NCBI GenBank assembly: GCA_041494705.1
Contig: JBGQBI010000006.1
Location: 90,001-122,000, forward strand
Length of the DNA: 32,000 nt
Reading direction: 5' to 3'
From: Candidatus Methanoperedens sp.
Lineage (GTDB): Archaea > Halobacteriota > Methanosarcinia > Methanosarcinales > Methanoperedenaceae
Shown here one piece after another: positions 1-8,943 of the stretch; positions within the stretch are counted from its first letter, which is position 1; each line of letters starts with the position of its first letter. The position numbers were made by a program, and so were the translations under genes. The notes under the pieces were generated by a model that saw only the letters and a list, made by a program, of their open reading frames with translations, was not told where the DNA came from and did not search any database.

Positions 1-2
1 CA

Positions 3-884
3 GTTACGCAAGAGATTGCATTAGGCGGAGAGGAGACCGGGATTGCAAGCCGTCCATCCGCAAAAACTCAACCTGCAATACTTGTTGTGGACCCCATGCA
101 CCGCGGCGACTATCCAACCATTAACGAAGCTATCAAAGCAGCAAAACCGGGAACCAGAATTCTTGTCAAGCCGGGTTTATATGAGGAAGGGCTTGTCATC
201 GACAAACCACTTGAGATCATAGGCGAAGGCGCCCCCGGTGAAGTTGTAGTACAGGCTCTCGGAAAGGACGCACTACTTTTTAAGACAACTATGGGGCGGG
301 TGGTTAATCTGAACATGCAACAGTTGGGCGGTGGTGATTGGTATTGTATAGACATCGCTCAGGGGCGGCTGGAAGTGGAAGGATGCGACATCACAAGCCA
401 GAGTCTTGCCTGTGTCGCTATTCATGGCGGTGCCGACCCACGCCTGCGCCGCAACCACATACACGAAGGCAAGCAAGGTGGCGTCTTCGTTTATGAAAAT
501 GGCCAGGGGACGCTGGAGGACAATGACATTTTCGGCAATGCAACCGCTGGGGTGTCGATAATGAGGGGTGGAAATCCTACGCTGCGCCGCAACCGCATAC
601 ACGAAGGCAAGCAAGGTGGCGTCTTCGTTTACGAAAATGGGCAGGGAACGCTGGAAGACAACGATATTTTTGGCAATGCATACACTGGGGTTGAAATCAA
701 AACAGGCGGAAATACTATGCTGCGCCGCAACCGCATCAACAAGAACAGCCACGAAGCTGTACTGGTCTACGATGGAGGCGGCGGCACAATTGAGGACAAC
801 GACCTTCGCGACAATGCTAAAGGTGCATGGAACGTATCAGTCGATAGCGAGCCAAAACTCAAACGCGCACGAAACATAGAATGA
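3..884 (+). CDS. Right-handed parallel beta-helix (PbH1/CASH-type) repeat protein; 5' end may lie outside the window
   Basis: The frame has no stop codon from nt 3 to the TGA at 882-884. The ORF track starts at GTG 87, and an ATG lies at 96. It contains repeated turns of the form 'LRRN.I..GKQGGVFVYENGQGTLEDNDIFGNA'. The opening motif 'YPTINEAIKAAKPGTRILVKPGLYEE' is typical of beta-helix domains. Confidence 0.7.
   Translation, partial: VTQEIALGGEETGIASRPSAKTQPAILVVDPMHRGDYPTINEAIKAAKPGTRILVKPGLYEEGLVIDKPLEIIGEGAPGEVVVQALGKDALLFKTTMGRVVNLNMQQLGGGDWYCIDIAQGRLEVEGCDITSQSLACVAIHGGADPRLRRNHIHEGKQGGVFVYENGQGTLEDNDIFGNATAGVSIMRGGNPTLRRNRIHEGKQGGVFVYENGQGTLEDNDIFGNAYTGVEIKTGGNTMLRRNRINKNSHEAVLVYDGGGGTIEDNDLRDNAKGAWNVSVDSEPKLKRARNIE
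444..857 (+). repeat. Three in-frame tandem units of 138 bp (46 codons) inside the beta-helix CDS
   Basis: The string 'ctgcgccgcaacc' recurs at 444, 582 and 720, a period of exactly 138 bp. Units 1 and 2 share long identical runs, e.g. 'catacacgaaggcaagcaaggtggcgtcttcgttta'. Unit 3 is clearly more diverged. Confidence 0.85.
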
Positions 885-930
885 TTCTAATGAACTATAC
901 CTGTGTCCTTTCTTTTGGATATGCACTGCC

Positions 931-2700
931 TCAACTCCCCTCCACGCTGTAATAATACTCCCCTTCTGCCTTCTGCGTCCTGTCAAGCTGCGAACCCAGC
1001 TTATTCACCCTTGGTCTCTTGGTCTCCTCGTCCCGCCTGAATGTAATCCCAATCCCTTTAAGGAACCTGTTCATGCCCTGTCGCATGTCAAAAGGCCCGT
1101 GAACCTCGCCCCTCTTCATAGGCTCGCCCTCGAACACGAGAAGCCTGTCGCTAAGCATATCTATCATGTAAATATCATGGTCAACCACCATCGCCGTCAC
1201 TTTATTGTTCTCGGCAAAGCGCCTTATGACCTTCGTCGCAAGCACCCTCTGCTCAACATCAAGATGCGCCGATGGCTCATCCAGAAGATATAGGTCTGCC
1301 GTTCGCGAGAGGCAGGCTGCAATCGCAACCCTCTGGAGCTCCCCGCCGCTTAAATCGTCAAGCTTCTGCTTCATGAGTCTCTCAAGCTGAAGCGGTCGTA
1401 ATATCTCTGTCTGGTAATAACTTGTATCGACTTCCTTGCTTAAAGAGCGAAGATAATCAGAGACCGGAACCGGGTCCTCGGCTTTGATATACTGGGGTTT
1501 GTAAGACACCTTGATATTAATATCAATTTTTCCGCTCGTTGGTTCTATTTCGCCAGCCAGTATCTTTACGAAAGTAGATTTGCCAATCCCGTTCGGACCT
1601 ACAATCCCGGTGACTTCGCCTTTCCTTATCTCGCCGCCCTGCGCCATGAGTTCAAATCCCTCCTCATATTTTTTAGAGAATTGTTCAAACTTCAACAGGG
1701 AAGGCACATCCTTCGCTGCCTGCGGCGCATGAATGTCAAACTTAATGGCTTCGGTGCGAATCCTGACATTCTCCTCGCGCAGGAACCCTTTCAGGTATTC
1801 GTTAATTCCTATCCTGACCCCTTTCGGATGGGTAATAACGCCGAAACCGCCGGGCGTGCCGTATGCGATATGAACAACATCCGCAAGCAAATCCAGGATT
1901 GCAAGGTCATGTTCTACCACCATTACGGCTTTATTCTCAGCTAGTTCCCTGATAATCCGGGCGGCTTTTATCCTCTGGTAAATATCAAGATAAGGACTTA
2001 TCTCGTCAATGAAATAGAAATCCGCATCCCTTGCAACACACGCTGCCAGCGCCACTCTCTGGAGCTCGCCGCCGCTTAATTCATCGATTTTGCGGTCAGT
2101 GATATCTGCAATGTCAAGCCTTGATACGAGTTCCTTAAGTACTCCTCTTTCATCCGTTTTTGATAAAAGCTGCGAGACTTTCCCTTTGAATTTCCTGGGT
2201 ATCATGTCCACATACTGCGGCTTTTGCGATGTCTTTACCTTTCCTTTAGATACGCCTTCAAGGTAATCATGGAGCGCCGTTCCTGCATAATATTCAAGTA
2301 TTTCTTCCCACCCAATCCTGCCCCGCCCGAGGTTAGGTTTCAAAGTTCCTGAAAGTATGTTTATCGCTGTGCTTTTTCCTATCCCGTTCGGGCCGAGGAT
2401 GCCGGTTACTTTCCCGACAGTCGGGACTGGAAGCCCGTATAATGCAAACCCGTTCTTACCATATCTGTGCGTTGTCTCTTCAAGTTTCTCAGGCAGGCTG
2501 ATAATCATGATTGAACCGAAGGGGCAGCGGTTGACGCAGATGCCACATCCCACGCATAATTCTTCCGAGATGACCGGTTTTTCATCCTCGCCTATTACTA
2601 TAGTCTCATCGCCAGTCCTCACCCTCGGGCAGAATTTTATGCATTGGAGCCCACACATTTTGGGCTGGCATCTATCACGGTCTAAAACAGCAAGTCGCAT
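931..2700 (-). CDS. abce1: ABCE1 / RNase L inhibitor homologue (ribosome-recycling ABC ATPase)
   Basis: The N-terminus has two 4Fe-4S cysteine clusters ('CQPKMCGLQCIKFCP', 'CVGCGICVNRCP'). Two ABC cassettes follow, each with Walker A 'GPNGIGKST' and signature 'LSGGELQRVA'. Confidence 0.95.
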   Translation of the reverse strand: MRLAVLDRDRCQPKMCGLQCIKFCPRVRTGDETIVIGEDEKPVISEELCVGCGICVNRCPFGSIMIISLPEKLEETTHRYGKNGFALYGLPVPTVGKVTGILGPNGIGKSTAINILSGTLKPNLGRGRIGWEEILEYYAGTALHDYLEGVSKGKVKTSQKPQYVDMIPRKFKGKVSQLLSKTDERGVLKELVSRLDIADITDRKIDELSGGELQRVALAACVARDADFYFIDEISPYLDIYQRIKAARIIRELAENKAVMVVEHDLAILDLLADVVHIAYGTPGGFGVITHPKGVRIGINEYLKGFLREENVRIRTEAIKFDIHAPQAAKDVPSLLKFEQFSKKYEEGFELMAQGGEIRKGEVTGIVGPNGIGKSTFVKILAGEIEPTSGKIDINIKVSYKPQYIKAEDPVPVSDYLRSLSKEVDTSYYQTEILRPLQLERLMKQKLDDLSGGELQRVAIAACLSRTADLYLLDEPSAHLDVEQRVLATKVIRRFAENNKVTAMVVDHDIYMIDMLSDRLLVFEGEPMKRGEVHGPFDMRQGMNRFLKGIGITFRRDEETKRPRVNKLGSQLDRTQKAEGEYYYSVEGS

Positions 2701-2712
2701 TAAACACCTATT

Positions 2713-3066
2713 TCATTGATTCAACAGGAGTATCCAGATGACCCAGAAGTAAATTATTACCAGAAATTCCACATACAGCCAGTCTTTTGTTTCAAATTCC
2801 TTTACCTTGACCCCGATTAAAGGATAAATTACTCTCTGGATGTAATATGAGAGGAGAAGAATCAACAGGACGACCGAAAACCAGGAAACGTCTTTGGCAA
2901 AACCAAATTTTACAAAAAACAATATGGCAAAAGCTGCGCTTATAAATGCCGGCAGTACCGTTTTTTTGATTCCTTCAATGAATTTCTGCTTCCGCTCTTC
3001 CGGCTTAGCGCTTTTCACAACCGGTACTTTTTCGATTTTCTTTTCTATTTCGGTCACCACTATCAC
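2713..3066 (-). CDS. Small hypothetical membrane protein (about 3 TM helices)
   Basis: 117-aa ORF with hydrophobic segments 'LPAFISAAFAILFFVKFGF', 'WFSVVLLILLLSYYI' and 'VEFLVIIYFWVIWILLL'. Its ATG overlaps the argB stop by 4 nt, and it ends 12 nt before the abce1 start. No family recognised. Confidence 0.5.
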   Translation of the reverse strand: MIVVTEIEKKIEKVPVVKSAKPEERKQKFIEGIKKTVLPAFISAAFAILFFVKFGFAKDVSWFSVVLLILLLSYYIQRVIYPLIGVKVKEFETKDWLYVEFLVIIYFWVIWILLLNQ

Positions 3067-3947
3067 TTTTTCCTGTATATCATCGTTCCGATTCCTTCAT
3101 GGGTGAACAGTTCAAGCAGCATCGAATGCGGGGCGCTGCCATCGATAATATGAACCTGCTCAACTCCTCCTTTGAGCGCAGCGGCGCTTGATTTAACCTT
3201 CGGTATCATCCCGCCGCTTATGATGTTATTTGCAATCAGTTTATCAATCTCATCGAAAGCTATTCTGGAAATACGTGTTTTTTTGTCTTTCGGGTTGCGC
3301 AGGATTCCAGGTACATCCGTAAGAACTATCAGTTTTTTTGCACCGAGAGCCGATGCGATATCTCCCGCCACCGTATCTGCATTTACGTTAAGGTCATTCC
3401 CTTTTTCATCTGTTGCTATTGGCGAGATGACCGGGATGTATCCCTTGCCTGCAAGAATCATGACTATTTCAGGATTGATAACCTCGGTCTCGCCAACCCA
3501 GCCAAGGTCGATTTCTTTCTCAACGCCGCCAACGGTCACACGCTGGGGAGCTAACTTCTTTGCTACGATGAGCCTTCCGTCGCTCCCTGAAAGACCTATG
3601 CCTTTGCCGCCATGTTTACTTATCAGTGAAACTATCTTGCTGTTCACATTTCCAACGAGCACCATTCGCGCAATTTCAAGCGTTTCGTCATCCGTAACCC
3701 GCAAACCCGCCACAAATTCCGGTTTTTTTCCCATGCGTTCCATTTTCTCTGTAATCTCGGGTCCCCCGCCGTGCACTATCACAGGATGGATTCCCACGAA
3801 TTTTAAAAGGACGATATCCTGCACTATCATTTCCATAATTTCGGGGTCGACAATTGCATGACCTCCCATCTTGATTACCATCATGGAATCATAAAACTCG
3901 CGGATGTATGGTAATGCTTCGATGAGGATATTCTCGCGTTTCTGCAT
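3063..3947 (-). CDS. argB: Acetylglutamate kinase (amino-acid kinase family; ArgB/LysZ type)
   Basis: Motifs 'VIKMGGHA', 'HPVIVHGGGPEIT', 'NVNADTVAGDIA' and 'GGMIPKV' are characteristic of N-acetylglutamate kinases. Confidence 0.9.
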   Translation of the reverse strand: MQKRENILIEALPYIREFYDSMMVIKMGGHAIVDPEIMEMIVQDIVLLKFVGIHPVIVHGGGPEITEKMERMGKKPEFVAGLRVTDDETLEIARMVLVGNVNSKIVSLISKHGGKGIGLSGSDGRLIVAKKLAPQRVTVGGVEKEIDLGWVGETEVINPEIVMILAGKGYIPVISPIATDEKGNDLNVNADTVAGDIASALGAKKLIVLTDVPGILRNPKDKKTRISRIAFDEIDKLIANNIISGGMIPKVKSSAAALKGGVEQVHIIDGSAPHSMLLELFTHEGIGTMIYRKK

Positions 3948-4031
3948 AAGAGGGTAAAATGGGGAGATGGATATTAAAACTTATTCTTGATTTGACCGCT
4001 TACAATAAAAAATGAATGAAATGCCAAAATG

Positions 4032-4892
4032 CTAAAGTATAGCCTTCAGCAAATCCTTATCGCGTAGCAAGCCCAGAAGTTTTCTTGAGCTGTTTATCAC
4101 GGGTAACTGGTCTATCCTCTTACGCTTCATTTTCCTTGCACAATCACTGACAGTAGAGCTTAATGATGCTGTTTCCGACCCCCCTGTGAGTTTCATGATT
4201 TCCTTTACAGGTGAATTGGGTAGCTGGATTTTTGAAACGCTGTAATATAAGCTCATCGTATCGCGCATTGATTCCCATGTCCATGCATCGTCATCCGAAC
4301 CCGCTGACATATCCGACATCTCGGTTTTATCCTCGATTATGCTTGCGCTGATGAGGTGTTTATCAGATGCCACGCCGACAAGCGTCAGGTTCGTATCCAG
4401 TATAGGAACCGCTTTTACATCTGCAAGTTCCATGATAGCGCCAACTATTGAAAGAGGGGTTTCGCTCCAGACAGAAACCACATGGTTTCCGAGATATTCA
4501 CTGATAGGGGTGTTGATGTTCAGCCTCCCAATAGCGCCGATTATATCTGCTATAGTTATAAGGCCTGAAAGATTATGATCCTCCACAACAGGCAACCGCC
4601 TGATGTTATTTTCTATAATTATACGTGCTGCTTCCACTATTGAATTATCAGGCCCTATTGTAATGGGGTTCCGTGTCATCAATATTGCAATTTGTTCTTC
4701 TTCCGGATGTTTTAATAAATCAGTCCTGGTCACTATTCCGACCAGTTCACCGCCTTTCACAACCGGGACACCGGAAATATGCTTTGTTTTTAATATCTCA
4801 AGAACTTCATCCCTTGAACCTGGCAATTCAACTTTCGCAACATCCCTTACCATTACTTCTTCAACCGTAATGCTTTCCGGAGTATCAGCCAT
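4032..4892 (-). CDS. CBS-domain protein (two CBS pairs)
   Basis: Four CBS-like units are visible ('VMVRDV...GIVTRTDLL', 'MTRNPITI...GLITIADII', 'HVVSVW...GVASDKHLI', 'LSSTVSD...GLLRDKDLL'). The start is placed at ATG 4892, which has SD 'aaggagag' 5-6 nt upstream. The ORF-track start at 4913 is also possible. Confidence 0.8.
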   Translation of the reverse strand: MADTPESITVEEVMVRDVAKVELPGSRDEVLEILKTKHISGVPVVKGGELVGIVTRTDLLKHPEEEQIAILMTRNPITIGPDNSIVEAARIIIENNIRRLPVVEDHNLSGLITIADIIGAIGRLNINTPISEYLGNHVVSVWSETPLSIVGAIMELADVKAVPILDTNLTLVGVASDKHLISASIIEDKTEMSDMSAGSDDDAWTWESMRDTMSLYYSVSKIQLPNSPVKEIMKLTGGSETASLSSTVSDCARKMKRKRIDQLPVINSSRKLLGLLRDKDLLKAIL

Positions 4893-4927
4893 TATTTCTC
4901 TCCTTTTTTTCATTTTTTCTTATTTTT

Positions 4928-5374
4928 TTATTTTTTCCCGCGAACCACAAGCACAGGAATTTTTGAGTTCCTTACTACTTTTTCAGCGACACTGCCCAAG
5001 AGGAATCTGTCAAGCCCGCTTTTTCCCAGTGTCCCCATAACGATAATTGACATTGAGTTCTTTTCGGCGTATTTAATTATTTCATCTGCAGGATGCCCTT
5101 CAATTGTATTCCCGTCCACTTCCAAACCCAGTGCTTCTGCTTTGTCTGCCACGTATTTTGTAGCCTCGTCTCCTTCCTGCCTTAATAGTTCGTACATGCT
5201 TTCCCATGCCGCATCCATCGGAATTGAGGCAAATGCTGCAGTATCAACCACATAAACAGCATGTATTTTCGCGCCCGTATTCTTTGCCAGGTCTATCCCG
5301 TAATCAACTGCGTTTTTAGTATATTCCGACCCGTCTGTTGCAATCAATATTTTCGTAAATAATTTGCTTGCCAT
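4928..5374 (-). CDS. Universal stress protein (UspA family)
   Basis: 'ILIATDGSEYTKNAVDYGIDLA' and the C-terminal 'MGTLGKSGLDRFLLGSVAEKVVRNSKIPVLVV' form the Usp ATP-binding pattern. SD 'ggaggg' lies upstream of the ATG. Confidence 0.9.
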   Translation of the reverse strand: MASKLFTKILIATDGSEYTKNAVDYGIDLAKNTGAKIHAVYVVDTAAFASIPMDAAWESMYELLRQEGDEATKYVADKAEALGLEVDGNTIEGHPADEIIKYAEKNSMSIIVMGTLGKSGLDRFLLGSVAEKVVRNSKIPVLVVRGKK

Positions 5375-5393
5375 AAATTCCCTCCTTCTAATT

Positions 5394-6434
5394 TTAGATT
5401 ATGCCGATAATGTCATCCGGTCTAGCCCGCCTCACTAAACTGCTTAATGGGTTCCTTATACCCTGCATATTATTTGATTCTTTTGTTAATATCATCAGTC
5501 TAGCTTTTTTCCCTTTTTTGATGGAGCCTGATTCCTTATCTAATCCGAGTATTTTTGCACCATTTAGTGTGCACAGCTTAAATACTTGTCTGTCATCAAA
5601 AATATTTGTCTTGGCAAGAAACTCCATCTCAGAGAACATATTTACAGAATTCAGCATGACGTTATCAGTACCTGCGGCAACGAGGATTCCATCGTCAAGC
5701 ATTTTTTTAATTGGAGGGAACCCTGACCCTGTTATGAGATTTGAGCGGAGGCAGACCACAACAGGAATATCAGCCGCGGCAACCGCTTTAATGTCCCTAT
5801 CCGCTGCATGGGTCATATGTATCAGGAAATCGGGTTCAAGTTCCAGCGCATGAGAAATATCGGATGGTTCTCTTTCACCTGCATGTATTGCAAATTTTTT
5901 TCCTTTTTTTCTTGTCTGCCTGACAATATCTTTAATCAAATCGATTTCAAGGTCATTGGTGCTGCTCAATCCCGTTCCATCGCAGGAATCAAGATAATCC
6001 ATTTCGCGAGCAAGCGGTCTTCCAAAAATCTTCGCTTCGATTTTGCTGTTATTTAACGCCTCTTTAAGCGCCAGAACTCCTTCCATCCCGCCTTCACGGA
6101 AATCAGCAAAAGCGCATGTGCCCGTTTTTATCATATCGTCAATACTTGCCTTCATTGAGCCGACAAGGTCATCATGAAAAGTCTTTTTTAAAATCCTGTG
6201 TTTTAATCCGTCAGGAGGCTGCACAAGTTCGGCTAAAGGCATCCGGGGCGGGTCTTTTATGACAGAGTCGCCTATATGCGTATGCGCATTCACAAAACAT
6301 GGGGCGATTATTGTTTCAGTGGAAACATTGGATTCTTCGATTTTTTTTATTATGCCGTTTTCTATAGTGATATAACCATCAACAGGCTCAAACTCATCGC
6401 CAAGAATTATAGTCCCTTTGATGGTTTGTTCCAT
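5394..6434 (-). CDS. Metal-dependent amidohydrolase (chlorohydrolase/deaminase-like superfamily)
   Basis: HxH metal motif 'FVNAHTHIGDS', later 'AIHAGE', 'LIHMTH' and 'AAGTDN'. Substrate cannot be inferred. Confidence 0.7.
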   Translation of the reverse strand: MEQTIKGTIILGDEFEPVDGYITIENGIIKKIEESNVSTETIIAPCFVNAHTHIGDSVIKDPPRMPLAELVQPPDGLKHRILKKTFHDDLVGSMKASIDDMIKTGTCAFADFREGGMEGVLALKEALNNSKIEAKIFGRPLAREMDYLDSCDGTGLSSTNDLEIDLIKDIVRQTRKKGKKFAIHAGEREPSDISHALELEPDFLIHMTHAADRDIKAVAAADIPVVVCLRSNLITGSGFPPIKKMLDDGILVAAGTDNVMLNSVNMFSEMEFLAKTNIFDDRQVFKLCTLNGAKILGLDKESGSIKKGKKARLMILTKESNNMQGIRNPLSSLVRRARPDDIIGII

Positions 6435-6529
6435 GCGGTCAAATTGACTCTTATGATATTTGCATTTTTCGTATGATACTGTATTTAGCCAACATAAAGA
6501 ATAAGTAGTTTAGTTACGATTTAGCCTTC

Positions 6530-6602
6530 AGTCCCGTAGGGTAGTGGTCAATCCTTCTGGCCTTTGGAGCCGGAGACGACGGTTCGAATCCGCCCGGGAC
6601 TA
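6530..6602 (+). tRNA. tRNA-Gln (anticodon UUG)
   Basis: Hand-folded cloverleaf. Acceptor agtcccg/cgggact is 7 perfect bp. The anticodon stem ctggc/gccgg encloses the loop 'ctttgga'. The T-loop is 'ttcgaat', with one A-C mismatch in the T stem. A T-run follows, and no CCA is encoded. Confidence 0.85.
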
Positions 6603-6714
6603 TTTTTTACCATTATGTTTACAATAAATTTAAGTATATTAACTGCAAGTAAGGTCAGGATTATAATATTCTAACAGGATAAATAATTATTATTAATGTA
6701 GGAGAATATAAACA

Positions 6715-7164
6715 ATGGTAGATTTCAGAATTGTTGTTTCGGACAGCAAGAGCACACAGGCGTATCAGGTAGCCGTCACCGGCGCGGCAATCAATAAACT
6801 GATTGGAAAGAATATCGGAGATGTTGTAAGCGGAGACGTTGCAGGTTTAGCAGGGTATACTCTTAAGATAACAGGCGGAACCGATAAAGACGGGTTTGCC
6901 ATGCGGGGCGATTTACCCGGGCCGGCAAGAAGAAAAATTCTTGTTGCCGGAGGTATTGGATATAAACCCAAGGCTGACGGGGTCAAAAAACGAAAAGCCA
7001 TGCGCGGGCGGGAAATATCATCTGACATTGCCCAGATCAATACGGTTGTCGAAGAATACGGTCCGAAACCTTTGAGCGAGATCTTCCCCAAGAAAGAGAA
7101 GACTGGCGAAGAAGCAAAAGCTGAAGAAGGAAAGAAAGGAAAATCAAGAGCAAAAGCCAGATAA
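6715..7164 (+). CDS. rps6e: 30S ribosomal protein S6e
   Basis: 'MVDFRIVVSD', 'KITGGTDKDGFAMRGD' and 'RKAMRGREIS' match the archaeal S6e pattern. It has a K/E-rich tail, and SD 'ggaga' lies upstream. Confidence 0.9.
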   Translation: MVDFRIVVSDSKSTQAYQVAVTGAAINKLIGKNIGDVVSGDVAGLAGYTLKITGGTDKDGFAMRGDLPGPARRKILVAGGIGYKPKADGVKKRKAMRGREISSDIAQINTVVEEYGPKPLSEIFPKKEKTGEEAKAEEGKKGKSRAKAR

Positions 7165-7245
7165 TACAGAAGTAGTTTAATTTTCACATTCCTGGCGCTT
7201 TTGGAGCGGTGGTGTTCACCGCAGAAACGCGAAGGTTGGGACTGT

Positions 7246-7357
7246 AAAAAAGTTTGGTGTTGAGCAAATTCTTTGCGTCCTTTGCGGTGGAAAATCCTGC
7301 ACCGCAAAGCACGTCAAGAGCGTAAAGTTACTTTAGACGAAATTTAACACCAAAAGA
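7246..7357. repeat. Nested hairpin element belonging to the window's modular intergenic repeat family
   Basis: A perfect 10-bp stem joins 7280-7289 'ctttgcggtg' with 7300-7309 'caccgcaaag'. It sits inside an imperfect outer stem ('tttggtgtt..aaatt' with 'aattt..aacaccaaa'). The 17-mer 'tctttgcgtcctttgcg' at 7270-7286 is identical to 29999-30015. Confidence 0.65.
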
Positions 7358-7403
7358 TTTTACACACACAAAGGTCGAAAAGACCTTTTAGTTTTTGACT
7401 ATA

Positions 7404-7439
7404 ATAAAAAAAGAGAATCCGACAAGATTTTGTCGGATT
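7404..7439 (-). terminator. Hairpin plus T-run downstream of ftsZ
   Basis: A perfect 10-bp stem 'aatccgacaa/ttgtcggatt' (7416-7439) has a 4-nt loop. On the minus strand it is followed by 'ctcttttttt'. Confidence 0.5.
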
Positions 7440-7568
7440 TATGCCTTTAGTACCTGTTTGTTGTTATAATTGCAGGATACGCCATGCTCGCAGGCACGTA
7501 TCTCTTCCCATGCCTGCGTGATGATGCGCACCGTGCAATTACAATTTGCGTGTTTGCATTTCATGTTT

Positions 7569-8702
7569 TCACATTATCATGTCGATTATAGAGCGGCTGT
7601 TTCTGCCGGAATTCCTGCTTGCCGGGATTCTCTCTTCGACCGGAGTGCTGCGGGGCATACTCTCGCCTTTCGGGCCCATTATCTGGGCTGAATGGATACC
7701 AGTCATAATGGCCATGCAGCGGACTTTGCCCTCGTACTCTTTCTTTACTCTTGCGCCCCAGATTACATTGGCGTGGGAGTCAAGTTCGTATGTCAATGAA
7801 GAGGCGATTGACTCTGCCTCATGAAGCGACATGTCTGTTCCGCCTGTGATATGCAATAGACAGCCTGTTGCGCCATTTGTATCCACATCAAGCAGCGGAT
7901 GGTTCAATGCTGCGCGTACTACCTCTTTTGCCTTGTCCTGTCCTTTTGCTTCGCCGACGAGCATTACTGCAAGGCCGCCGCCTTTCATTATAGCCCTGAC
8001 ATCTGCATAGTCAAGGTTGATCAATGACGGCTGTGTTATGGTTTCTGAAATACCCTTTACCGTCTCTGATATAAGCTGGTCCATTACCGAGAATGCTTGG
8101 TCGATCGGGAGGTTGGGCACATAATCGAGAAGCCTGTTATTGTCAAGTACAATAACGGTATCCGCAGCCTTCCTCAATTCTTCCAGACCCTCTTCTGCCT
8201 TGAACATCCTTGAGCGCTCGACCTTGAACGGGCTTGTGACCATTCCGATTACGATTGCGCCCTGGTCTTTGGCTACCTGTGCAACTACTGGAGCTACACC
8301 TGTTCCAGTTCCTCCGCCCATACCCGCTGTGATAAATACAAGGTTTGCGTTCTTCAACACATCCTCGAGCGTTCCCCTTGCAAGTTCCGCAGCTCTTTTT
8401 CCAACTTCCGGAAATCCGCCTGCCCCAAGTCCCCTGGTTATTGATTTGCCTATCAGGATTTTCTTATCCGCCTGCGTGATGTCAAGGTGGATTTTATCGG
8501 TGTTTATTGCAATGGTTTCTGCGCCGGCTACGCCGATGTTATAGAGACGGTTCACGGTGTTGTTGCCGCCGCCCCCGCATCCCACTACAACGATTTTTGG
8601 TGTTCCGAATTCATCAACTTCTTCAGTTCCGCCTGTTGCCGCCTGTTTGAACAGTTGTTCTTTTTCTGCCATTTTTAGTGCGTCTTGTACAAATGATTCC
8701 AT
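7569..8702 (-). CDS. ftsZ: Cell division GTPase FtsZ (FtsZ2-type inferred from the linked cdrS-like gene)
   Basis: '[15 protein letters not shown]', tubulin signature '[13 protein letters not shown]' and 'NLDYADV'. SD 'gagggga' lies upstream, 16 nt after the preceding RHH gene. Confidence 0.95.
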   Translation of the reverse strand: MESFVQDALKMAEKEQLFKQAATGGTEEVDEFGTPKIVVVGCGGGGNNTVNRLYNIGVAGAETIAINTDKIHLDITQADKKILIGKSITRGLGAGGFPEVGKRAAELARGTLEDVLKNANLVFITAGMGGGTGTGVAPVVAQVAKDQGAIVIGMVTSPFKVERSRMFKAEEGLEELRKAADTVIVLDNNRLLDYVPNLPIDQAFSVMDQLISETVKGISETITQPSLINLDYADVRAIMKGGGLAVMLVGEAKGQDKAKEVVRAALNHPLLDVDTNGATGCLLHITGGTDMSLHEAESIASSLTYELDSHANVIWGARVKKEYEGKVRCMAIMTGIHSAQIMGPKGESMPRSTPVEERIPASRNSGRNSRSIIDMIM

Positions 8703-8718
8703 ATTATATCCCCTCGGA

Positions 8719-8943
8719 TTATTGTTCTTCTTTCAGGCGCAAGAACGTGTCAACATTGTTTGATTGCTCCTGCGCTTTCTCAAATAATTTCATCCTGCCA
8801 ACCAATTTTTCGCTTCGCTGATCGATTAAATCCCTAATAGCCGTCCTGATTGCTTCGCTTGCGGACGGAAATTCGCCATATTCCACCAACATGTCGATCA
8901 TTTTTAATTGCTGTTCCGGGAGCCTTAGTGTTACTCTTTGCAT
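8719..8943 (-). CDS. cdrS: Ribbon-helix-helix (CopG-type) protein, CdrS-like
   Basis: '[40 protein letters not shown]' is a canonical RHH (beta strand plus two helices). It lies immediately upstream of ftsZ on the same strand. The start is placed at ATG 8943 (SD-like 'gggaga'). The ORF track extends to 9024. Confidence 0.7.
   Translation of the reverse strand: MQRVTLRLPEQQLKMIDMLVEYGEFPSASEAIRTAIRDLIDQRSEKLVGRMKLFEKAQEQSNNVDTFLRLKEEQ

Noticed and set aside
110-879. ORFs 110..355(-), 273..752(-) and 568..879(+) overlapping the beta-helix gene
   Set aside because: These are shadow frames of a repetitive, GC-balanced coding region. Their sequences are low-complexity and repeat with the same 138-bp period, while the 87..884 frame carries the recognisable PbH1 motifs.
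3172-3861. 229-aa plus-strand ORF antisense to argB
   Set aside because: The translation is S/P/I/T-rich and low-complexity with no motifs, and the opposite frame is an unmistakable acetylglutamate kinase.
6765-7307. 180-aa minus-strand ORF covering rps6e and the downstream spacer
   Set aside because: It is antisense to a clear S6e gene and runs into the hairpin repeat. Its composition is typical of an antisense shadow.
7516-7522. C-box-like 'gtgatga' in the spacer downstream of ftsZ (possible C/D box sRNA)
   Set aside because: No D box ('ctga') or C'/D' pair lies at an appropriate distance downstream, and there are no terminal complementary ends.
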